A stretch of DNA of 64,000 nucleotides. Origin: Hormiphora californensis. Its lineage: Eukaryota; Animalia; Ctenophora. The stretch is taken from positions 7,750,001 to 7,814,000 of the forward strand of contig CM035358.1 of assembly GCA_020137815.1 (NCBI GenBank). Reading direction: 5' to 3'. This document shows positions 10,183 to 20,369 of this stretch, in pieces (position 1 is the first letter of the stretch; the number at the start of each line of letters is the position of its first letter). A program made the translations under genes and the position numbers. The notes beneath the pieces were generated by a model. The model was not told where the DNA came from. It searched no databases and saw only the letters and a list, made by a program, of their open reading frames with translations.

Positions 10183-12374
10183 TCATGGTTTAGGCAGGAC
10201 GGAATGCTGTTTCTGCTCATGTAGCCACTGCTGCAGTTTAAGCGACGAGAGAAGTTGTCTCCGGAGGTAGTTGGTGGTAGTTGTGGTGGTTGAGGTAGGG
10301 ATTTGGGCCGGTTCCGAGGTGGTGTTATGGTCCAAACACTTGAGAATATCAGTCAGTTCAGATCTGCTGAATGATGGTCGTGACGTCACTGGCTGATCGG
10401 GGGCTGCTGCAGCAGGGGGTGATGTGTGTAGCGGTGCAGCCGTGGTCATCACTGGCGGTGGTGTCGACTCTGTTGGTGTACTGAAAATAATTCAAACCGT
10501 TAGATTAAAGATTTTGTGCTCAATCACACATTTCTAATTCTCAAAAAGTTAGATTAAGATGGCGAGACTGTATAATGAATTATATTGACAGAAGAAGAAG
10601 AGAAAAAAACAGAAACCACTGCTTTTTTGACAACTTATACTAATTGCCAAGCTTGGTATCGGTACCACCACTATCACTTCGCAATCAATACTACCAGTCT
10701 GGTGGTTGTCAAAATAACTCAATATTTGAAATAAAACGAATTAAACGTAAAAGAACTCCAGAATTGTTTATTATATACTTTAGCACGGACACAATGTCAT
10801 CAGGCGACTCAAGAAGTATTATTTACCTGTTTACACTGCAGAGCAGTGATGCCAGTTTAGAGGAGAGAGTTTTAGTAGCTTTAGGTGCAATCGGGGAGGA
10901 ATGAAGGAAGGGAGAGGAGGACATCACACCACGATCTATTGGGAGAAAATATTAATAGCAGGGTGTTTTAAAAATTATGGGCATTCAGTGGGCTCATAGT
11001 GGACCCATTCTTGACTCTGGAATGGCAGATTTCACTACAGAAAGTCAAGGTGGAATTGCAGACTGGTCGCTACAACAAAAAGAAAAAGAGGACACACATG
11101 TTCTTGTTCCCTATAATTACCGATTGAGGCAGTGAGAGAGCTGGTGCTACTACTTGAAGTTGTAACAGGGCTGCATGCAGATAATAAAGAGAAGGTGGTG
11201 GGGCAGGGAGGAATGTTTAGTGATGTCATCAAATCACTACAATTAGCTAAGCTGGTTTTGTTGGTCCGAGTGGTGGCTGTATTGTATCGTAACAGTAAGG
11301 ATATCAGGTCCTCGGTGGTGGGAGCCGTGTTGGTGGTTGTCCGGTGCTAAAATAGAAAGAGTGGTGTCAAGGTCAGAGGGGGGGGGGGGTCGGTGGTTGA
11401 CGGGTCTTTTAAAAAGTCACTTTTGAGGTTTGGTGGTGTTGTTGTTCGGATTAGCTCCGGTCTGACTCAGGACCGGGGAGCTGTACCCACTACTGACACT
11501 GTTTGGCAGCGCCAGACCCCGATTTGATGGGGTCTGCTACGCCAGACAACAACTTTATAAGCTCAAGGCGCGGTCGAAACTTTGCTCTATGCAATTACTC
11601 GGATAACGTCAAGCCCTAAGATGGTTGTATTGCAAAGCAAGGCGACCACCCTACCGTCTAGCTGTATTACGCAAATCCTCATATTTTCCAATACTATGAG
11701 TATGCCGGGTCGAGATCGAGACACGACGACTTCGGTAATGAAAAGGATGCGACTAGTTATACATCTCTGATATTGGCCTGATAAACTGCATTTATCTTAC
11801 GTGCATTGAATTGTTTTAAAGAGAGAGAGAGAGAATACTACTTAAATATTCAATAAATGACCTAGGTGTCTCGTTTTTTGGGTCGCATAAAGAGCATTAA
11901 AGATATATCTCGACACGGAGATGTCGTTACAGAGACTGAAGTGATCAGAGAGATGTATTTACCTGTCCTTTAAGTAGGGAGACGGAAGCGATCAGAGGGT
12001 TTATTTGCGACAGCTCACTAACTGAGAAATATTTCCTTCGTGATCGTCTTGTTAACCGCCTTCGGAAATCACCTTTCCTGAAAGTAGTATTTGTTATAAA
12101 ATATCTGATGGGGATATGTAATGAATCCCAATCGAAGGTTCTATGAAATCATACTTTTAAGACGTTTTCGGCACACAAAGATCGCTTGGAAATTTCTAGA
12201 AGTTCTACTAGAACTACGAAAATGATCTATAATAACTCACATGAAGTCATCCATGTTAGCAGGGTGAATTGTCCAATAGTTTCCCTTTCCGTTCTCTGCT
12301 CTGCCTGCCTTCGCGAAACACTGGTTCAGAGAGAGATTGTGCCTCACACTATTCCTCCACCCCTGCCCTTTATT
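10183..12374 (-). CDS. Forkhead-box transcription factor, FoxQ2-like; exons 12374-12241, 12077-11963, 11346-11121, 10935-10827, 10480-10183; 5' part not found
   Basis: The spliced translation [45 protein letters not shown]|[14 protein letters not shown] is the C-terminal half of a forkhead domain. All downstream GT-AG introns are phase-compatible (2,0,1,2) and lead into an S/T/P-rich tail. The forkhead exons are absent from the ORF track. Confidence 0.9.
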
Positions 12375-12639
12375 CTGAAGATGATCAGATGTTAGTTTGA
12401 CATGTTCCTCGTCTGTCAGCTCTCACACCTGGACGAAGGCCCGGTGTGAGCTTACGCGAGCCCGAATGGACAGACTGCGTAGAATGGCAACTGTTAGTAA
12501 CAAGCATTTGAGACGAATTGGTATTTCAAAAATAGGTGTGAGGCCCGTATAATGAATAGATGTCGTGGTCCGATCCAGCGTTTCTCCATTGTCCGTAGAG
12601 AGAAAAACAATATACAAAAAAAAAAAAGGTTGGCGTTGG

Positions 12640-13176
12640 TGTTTCTGCAACTAGTTGTTGTCGAAGAATGTCTGCTCTTCTTCTGTATCTCTTGAATCTT
12701 TCTCGGGCCTTCGGCTAGCAGCCTCTGCATTCACTTCTTCTATAACTTGTTTATAGCTCCTTCTTGGCAGCAGGCGGTTATTCTCTTATAGATCGATATT
12801 CGTATAAGTTTGGAACTTGGGGTGCACCTCTGCTCAATTTCGGTCTAGCCTGAGAGGTCTGAGCGGAGCTTGCGACACTCTCTTCGAGTCGTCGCAGCCA
12901 CATAGGTTGTTTATTCCTTCTGGGGGTGTTGTTGGTGGGTTCGCTTGGTGCCTCAACACCCATCTGTTCTCGGACCACATGGGCTACGGCCATCAGTAGC
13001 GTGTTCAGTGCGGTAAGGTCTGGAGTTTCAAAGGACTTGATTACCGGGCTGAGTCGGTCAATTGCCACTCTTAGCTTCCCCCAGGGGACCTGTCTCAGGT
13101 CGGTGACTTTGATAGAGCTTGGTTCCTCAAGTAGTTTCTTGAACTGCTCCCTGATTTCCGGGTTCGGTGATGGCCC

Positions 13177-13178
<2 letters not shown>
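12640..13178 (-). mobile_element. Decayed non-LTR retrotransposon fragment, R4/Dong-like pre-RT region
   Basis: LNTLLMAVAHVVREQMG..QPMWLRRLEESVAS, then frameshifted LRSDLS..KQVIEE..RFKRYRRR. This resembles the N-terminal region of R4/Dong-clade elements (from recall). It abuts a (CT)n tract. Confidence 0.55.
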
Positions 13179-13233
<55 letters not shown>

Positions 13234-13302
13234 CTCTTTCTCTCTCTCTCTCACTCAATCTTTATCTTTTTCACTCAGTTTGTTTCCAAAATCATCTAAT
13301 AA

Positions 13303-13582
13303 AATTAGATGACTGCTTTTACATGCTCTATTACACAACAATAATGTTAAAGATTCTTTCACTTTTAGGCCTCGCAGGCTCGGCCCAAAAGTACAACTAC
13401 AGAGCTCGCAGGCTCGCTCAGTAGTTACACTTAGCGTGCCTCGCAGGCTCGGCAGCTAAGTAAAAGGATCTACCTCGACCTGTCGGTCTCGGTTCATTAT
13501 TGTTGTATTTAGAGCACTCGGCCTTCGGCCTCGTGCACTAAAAAGTAATAGACCATTTTAACCAGTCATCTAATCATATAAT
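13303..13582. mobile_element. Non-autonomous element with subterminal inverted repeats and internal hairpins (Crypton-like)
   Basis: ATTAGATGACTG...CAGTCATCTAAT and ACAACAATAATG...CATTATTGTTGT inverted pairs; hairpin CACTCGGCCTTCGGCCTCGTG; repeated CTCGCAGGCTCG. Confidence 0.55.
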
Positions 13583-13758
13583 AACGCCCTGGTAACATCT
13601 TGGTTAATATTATTAACCAAGATGTTACCAGGGCGTTACTATGGTGTTATCAGAGTATAACCATGTTGTTACCATAATTACCAGGGTGTTATCATGGTTA
13701 CCATGTTGATACCATGGTTACCAGGGTGTTATCATGGTTACCATGGTTACACACTTAC

Positions 13759-14670
13759 TCATTAGTGGGTACATCAGTAGAACGTTCCTCTCAGCAATAT
13801 CAGGAGGAAGTTTAACGTAAATAACCTGTAAATTTGATGATTGTGAATAATAGAAAATCATCACTCTCCCTACCAGAATTATGCGATATTGATTTTACCT
13901 TGGCTGGTTTATTAGGATCTTCCTCTGGATGTCGCACCAGCATTTTACCAATTCTTATTGAGCGACAACACTGTCTCAGAGATTTCTCCATTGCTTCACC
14001 TGAGTGGGAAATTGGAATTGACATTGGATAAAAGAGGACAATGTGGTTCTCTGGGCCTTGTCAGCGCATTTTAGATTTAGGACGCGCGACGTTTCAGACG
14101 GAAGTTTTACGTGGCTAGGGCGCGCAAGCTAAATGCTGAAAAAGTGCACTTTCATCATAAGCGAGACGCGCGGAGTTCACGTTTTGTAAACCTTACCACT
14201 TCGCACAATGCTGACACCACAATTGCCTTTCAGGAACGCCTTTCCTTCGTATGGCTGATCTTTAGGAGTGATAACTGTTTTGTTGCACGTTGGTAGGAAA
14301 TTCAGGGCTTCTTCTATCACTAGACGAATCTGATGAAAGAGGTAGTATTAGGGTTTTGGTAACACGATAAGCAGACGGTCGTCTGTCACAGACCACAGTT
14401 GGGGGGGGGGGGGTGGGGGGGAGAAAAACTCTCTCTTAAGAAATTTCAGAGAATCATCTGAAAATTATCTTAAAATGCTTAACCTACCAGCCTGTCAGCA
14501 TTGAAAACAAAATCCCCATGATTAGTGTTAACATTCCTCAGAATGGTTTGCAGCCATCTGATCTGGTTGGTAGACCTCAGAACAGTTAGTCTGTCTCTGT
14601 CAGTCTGCCTCGCAATACACTCTATATAGTTGTCAGACGGCGGTGTGCCAGCAGCCATTACACTTGACAT
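13759..14670 (-). CDS. UPRT: Uracil phosphoribosyltransferase homolog; exons 14670-14488, 14329-14197, 13999-13899, 13825-13759; C-terminal exons not found
   Basis: Spliced: ..NQIRWLQTILRNVNTNHGDFVFNADRL|IRLVIEEALNFLP..GNCGVSIVRS|GEAMEKSLRQCCRSIRIGKMLV..|VIYVKLPPDIAERNVLLMYPLM, which are typical animal UPRT motifs. Confidence 0.9.
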
Positions 14671-14963
14671 GGTGACTGGACTACAGAGAGGGATACAGTA
14701 TATGAGTTAGTGGGCTATAGAGACAGAGAGATATGAGTTGAGGGGGGGGATTTGGAGGGTTTAGGGGCGATTAGGAGGGTTTGGAATTGGAGAAAAACAC
14801 AGTGAATTAGGGAACAATAAAGGAGGATAAAACTAGCAAAATATACTCATATAATATCACAGCATAAATGTGCCCGAAACTTATAAACACTGCGTTGGGC
14901 GACACTCATATACTTCTCATATCTCAGTAATTGAGAGAGATAATTAATTACTACTAATTAATT

Positions 14964-17583
14964 CTACTCCGTTTTCGGTTTATCCTGATGGTATAGGAAG
15001 ATGAAAGAGAAAACAATAAGACCTCCCATCATAGAGAAAGCGCTGGCGTAGTAGGGGTAGGCTGAGGGGATGAACCTTTCATACTCTGTGTGACGGAATG
15101 GACGTACTGATACCTGGGAGGGTTATTTCGTTGTTTGTTCTTTCTAGCACTATTCTCTTTAGTGTTCATTGAACTAGAAGTAATTATAATCCGGTGTATT
15201 ATCCTGTGTATTAATCACTATGTATTAGGAGAGAAAACTGAGAAATCACATGACACCCTGTGTAGCACTGCATTTCGATTCATAAAATGCGGCCTCTGTG
15301 AGGGTTCCGCAGATCACACATCACACATCCCATAACACAATTTACCTGTGTAGTACTGTAGAGGTGAGTGTAACCAGTTCTATCATAGTTCACTTTGAAT
15401 TGGAACACTCCGTATACATCAGGAACCTTGAAGGCAACCTAAGAGGGGAATGTGGTGGTATAGAACACTCTTATCCAAGGAAATATGGGCGATTCAAAAT
15501 ATAAAATAACTTGCGAACAGCCCCAACTACAATTTGTAGTTTTGCAGTCTACCAAAAGTAGTTTCAAAACAAATCACACACCTTGAAAACATCCAGCAGC
15601 ATCAGGAACAAGGAAAGCCCTGACAAAGGGATCAATCCTCACAAACTCCATCTGTACATCATTGGCTTGGAAGGGAACCCATTTTCCATTCTGCATCTCC
15701 TCGATTGTTATGGAGTACTCAGCATCATCGGTTATTCGGTATGCCACATCAGATGGAGCCTCACCGACCTGGGAGGTACAAAGAGAGTGAGATAGTGATT
15801 TAGAACAGGGATAGTAGTAGTAGAGTCGATAACTACATCGACCTCTCCCAATTGTTCCAGTTTTTGTCACATCTGTTTGGAGCCTCGACACGACCTCTAA
15901 ACAGGTGTTACTTTTTCTCAAACTGTTTTCATCTTGGTGTAATCAGCAGTTGAAATGTTGCTAATCATAACAAAAACCTGACTAAATTTTTTCAACTTGG
16001 GGTAAAACCATGGGTGTCAAAAGTTAGCTCTAGGTCCCCTGAGTAACCATCCGGAGACTCTAAGAGATATTTCAAGCCGTTCTCCTGTAATCATTAATCC
16101 CGGTAGAGCACATATTTGAGTATGGACGTACGTGCAATTGCCTACAACCTCAACTTTAATGTATAACGTTAATGTGCGTCTCTCTCTTTTGTCCCCCTTG
16201 AGAAAGAGTTATCTCGCGCGGCGCAACCGCACGTGCGGTTTTTCCAGAGAGAGTGAGAGACATACAATAACATGTAAACAGCCTGCCAGCGCTCACGTAC
16301 GTCCGCATTGTATTTTTTTCTCCACCGGGATTAATGATTACGGGAGAACGGCTTGAAATATCTCTTAGAGTCTCCGGATGGTTACTCAGGGGACCTAGAG
16401 CTAACTTTTGACACCCATGGTTTTACCCCAAGTTGAAAAAATTTAGTCAGGTTTTTGTTATGATTAGCAACATTTCAACTGCTGATTACACCAAGATGAA
16501 AACAGTTTGAGAAAAAGTAACACCTGTTTAGAGGTCGTGTCGAGGCTCCAAACAGATGTGACAAAAACTGGAACAATTGGGAGAGGTCGATGTAGTTATC
16601 GACTCTACTATAGGATAGTGTCAGGGTAGTGTGAGGGTCACATGGCTGGGAGACGCTCTAGATGAAGGTATTTCTGGGAGAAATGGATCTAAAAGGTACC
16701 CTCTAGGGCCAGAAGACTAAAAAGGAACACTAACCTTGTTATGTTTAACAGTTCCGAATCGGAGATCTCCATTCCTCTTCAGCGCCCAATCAGTAACAGC
16801 TGATGCGAACTCCCTGTTTCCAGCCTCCTGTGCCCCACCCATGACGGTCTGTGTTTTAGCATTGTAGAAGGCATCACTGATCATGTCGTGAGACCCAAAC
16901 ACCACAACTCGAGCATTGTTCCTGGCCTGCATTCCAGCTACTAGGAGGAGAGAGGAGCCAATAGCCAGGGGATACTCCAAGATGTCTTGGTCAGGGGAGT
17001 GGGAGTATGCGGTCTGGGATGCCTTCAGGATATCAATAACGAGAGGGTTTTCTGGGTCAGCTGCCATGCCAACTCCCTTGAAAAGGACCGGAGCAGGAGA
17101 ATCACCGACAATAACTTTAGTTTTAGTGAAGTCTCCAGCCACGATCAGATCATGATCACCCTCATCTGTCACGTCATAGTTCATGTGGTCAATAACGGAG
17201 GTACCGGCCTCATCAATCTCCACCCCAACCTCTGCAGCAATTTCACGGATGGGCTCTCCAACCTTGTTACTAGCGGTCATCACCAAGTTACCGCCGGCAT
17301 CAACGAAATCCAAGAAGTCAGTGGGAGTGAGGGCGTTACCGAACGCAGCAACGGATGGGGCAAGGACAATGATGGAATCGTACACCCTCTCTCCGTATTT
17401 CTTAATTGTAAGAGAGCTATCGGTGGCGTACTTGTACGTGATATCCGTGTCCTTCTCACCCAAGTCAGCCAGGAAGGAGGAATGGGTCTCCTTGGTGAGA
17501 ACATTTTCAAGGATTACCAGAGTCCTGGGTCGGCAGGTAGCAACCGTTGCTAAGGCAACCAGAAGAAGGAGGTTCCTCATCAT
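14964..17583 (-). CDS. DDOST: Oligosaccharyltransferase subunit OST48/WBP1; exons 17583-16735, 15768-15582, 15438-15346, 15113-14964
   Basis: Signal peptide, [90 protein letters not shown] segment and a KPKTE* ER-retrieval tail. One apparent 1-nt indel lies near the end of exon 2. Confidence 0.96.
15818..16610. mobile_element. Foldback/MITE with ~290-bp near-perfect inverted arms, in DDOST intron 1
   Basis: 15818-~16105 (TAGTAGAGTCGATAACTACATCGACC...ATTAATCCCGGT) is the reverse complement of ~16324-16610. Confidence 0.92.
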
Positions 17584-17829
17584 GGCTAATAAAAGAAAAT
17601 GTTGTTAGATTGTCTTATTGTGTTTCAGTTCGAATGCGGGACCTGTGGGTACAATGGCCAAGTTTCAGTATACATAATTTTATTGTCGTCTAGAGGCGAT
17701 AAAAAACAGAGAACGTGAAAAATGAGTTGGGGCCAGCCACCAGGTGAGTGGTCTGCCTCGCTAGACAAAGAAACTTCTTTGATAATTCAGTCTGGAAAAG
17801 TTTTTCTTCGCTTTTTTGTCTAGCAGATC

Positions 17830-20208
17830 ATGTTTTTTGAAAGAAAGCATTTGTTTCTTCTGCTTATATTGTTTTTACAAGGTGAGATACAGTTTTTACG
17901 TTATTAGCCTTTTCCCATCAATTATTGATTCATCATTCATCAGTCATCACACATGAAAAATGAATTTCATTTTCAGTGGTCGTCCAAGGATTTGACAATG
18001 ATTTGGCACCCATTGAAGAGGAGTGTAACGAAACTGGATCATGCTCAAGTTAGTTCTGATTATTTTGAGTAATTGCAACTATTTTAACCCATTTGGGTAC
18101 AACAACTTAAACTTGAGCCTGTACATGACACTGTGTTTGTACTACAATTCAAACACTTCCTTTCAGGTTGCTGGGATAGAATCCCAGACTGCATTCTACG
18201 GAAACTAGCCGGAACCTGCTACACCACTCCGAACTCCAACTACGACTGCAAGTTTAGCTGTGGGTATTGTGGTTGTACAGACACACGGAGGGACTGCCCA
18301 GTTCTGAAGGCGACTCAAGGGTGCTCTAATATTATCGGTTCTAGGCACTGCAGGAAAACGTGTGGTACTTGTAACTGTCTAAGTGATAGATCCCGAAAAT
18401 GTCCAACCTACTACAAACAAAGAGGGGCTTGCTCCGATCACACACTACGGTACTACTGTCCCCACACAGTGTGGGCATTGCCAGTGTGTTGATATAGAAC
18501 CTGATTGTGGGGCGAGGGCAGCGAGGGGAGGATGTGTTTATAATCCAATGTGGATGATGTCAAACTGCCCAGCTTCATGTTCTCAGTGTCCGGATAGCGA
18601 GTGTGTCGACTTGTTGGGGTCACATTGCACTCGGTGGATGGCTGCTGATAGCACCATCTGTACCCTTCAACCTACCTTCATGAACCTCTACTGTGCTAAA
18701 ACCTGTGGCTATTGTTCGCCCCCTCCCTGCAAAGACAATAGTTACACATGCCCCGTAGTAGCCCGTGGTGGTGGTTGTAGCACTGCAGAAAACAGGGCTC
18801 TCTGTCCCTTTTCCTGCAGAACTTGCACCTGTGGTGATGCTGTCAGCTACTGTGCTTTTTACATCAAAAAAGGGAAGGAAACCTGTGACAGTGAGTTTTC
18901 TAGGCATCACTGTAAGGCAACGTGCGGGTTATGTGAATGCAAGGACAATGACGCAGCTACATGTCAGCTTCACGCACAGCTAGGGCAGTGTGGCGAACAG
19001 GAAATTGCGGCCAAATGCCCAGAAAGTTGTCACGTTTGCACGTGTGGCGATAATGATCCTACAAGGTGTCCTGCATGGGCATTAGATGGCTCATGTTACA
19101 GTAACCGATCGATCGTGCTAGATCTTTGCCCGTTGTCTTGCAAACAGTGTGGTGGGTGCGAGGACGCGGTCGGCCTGTCTCCCTGAAGATTGTGCTCCTA
19201 AATGTGGCAAACATGAATATGAACAGAAAACAAAAATTTACTGTAGGAAAACGTGCGGTTTTTGCGAAGAAGAGAATCCTACTCCTGAGCCTACGACTCC
19301 TGAACCTACGACTCTTGAGCCAACGACTGCTGAACCTACGACTCCTGAGCTAACGACCCCTGAACCTACGACCCCTGAGCCAACAACTCCTGAACCTACG
19401 ACAGCTGAGCCTACGACAGCTGAACCTACGACAGCTGAACCTACGACTCCTGAACCAACGACTCCTGTGCCTACGACTCCTGAACCTACGACCCCTGAGC
19501 CAACGACTCCTGAACCTACGACCCCTGAGCCAACGACCCCTGAACCTACAACCCCTGAGCCAACAACTCCTGAACCTACGACTGCTGAACCAACGACCCA
19601 ACCAAAGCCGAAGAAGTGTGTGGACCGGGAAAGTTGTTTGTCCTGCTCTTGCCCGGATGGGTGCTTGCGATAAAAAGGGTATCAGAGAGGAATGTCCCTT
19701 ATCGTGCCGTGTTTGTGTATGTGGAGACATTTACTAGATCGTGTCCAAAAAGGGCAAAGAGAGGACAATGTACAACGAACGCAGAATACTATGAAGCAGA
19801 AACTGTCGACTATCGTGTGGACTGTGCAAATGTGAAGATAAGAGAACAGGCTGTGCTGATTGGGCTAACGATGGGAAATGCTCTGAATACCCTAGTTTCA
19901 TGTTGGATAACTGTCCTGCATCATGTCACGTCTGCACGTGTGGGGACAACAGTAAGGAATTGTGAGAGAGATGCAGCTAGAGGGAAAGTGTGTCACGGAT
20001 GAAAACTTCATGTTAACCCATTGTGCTAAATCGTGTAATCCAATGTGGTAAATGTGGGGATAACCCTCCGATGGAACCGAGCTGTGGAGCGTTTGTACAT
20101 CAGGGACTATGTGGGGAGGTGACAGCAAGGACACATTGTAGAAGGAGCTGCAAACAATGCGATCCTGATGATGACGATAAGGAAGATGATGAAGACGATG
20201 ATGATTAA
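17830..20208 (+). CDS. Secreted multi-ShKT-domain protein (~15 ShKT modules, a central PTTPE mucin-like stalk and an acidic tail); several frameshifts
   Basis: Signal-peptide exon MFFERKHLFLLLILFLQ; repeated C.D....C......G.C......C..SC..C modules, about 10 before and 5 after the stalk; ends DPDDDDKEDDEDDDD*. The frame changes at ~18470, ~19170 and several times in 19630-20045. Confidence 0.85.
19278..19601 (+). repeat. Coding 15-bp tandem repeat (PTTPE/PTTAE x~21)
   Basis: CCTACGACTCCTGAA-type units. Confidence 0.95.
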
Positions 20209-20369
20209 ATTATTCAATGTTGATGTTTTCATAAACATTCATAAACATTCATAAATAAATTAAGTATGGTACACAAAGTTTTAGCTCAAAAGGAGCCAAC
20301 ACTCAGATGACATGGAAAGTCAGCAGGTTATATGTATCAGCCACATAACGATGAAAAGCAAAACATACT

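Noticed and set aside
18460-20050. Programmed frameshifting or pseudogenisation of the ShKT gene
   Set aside because: The essential DDOST gene also shows a 1-nt indel, so consensus errors are the simpler explanation; this cannot be settled without reads.
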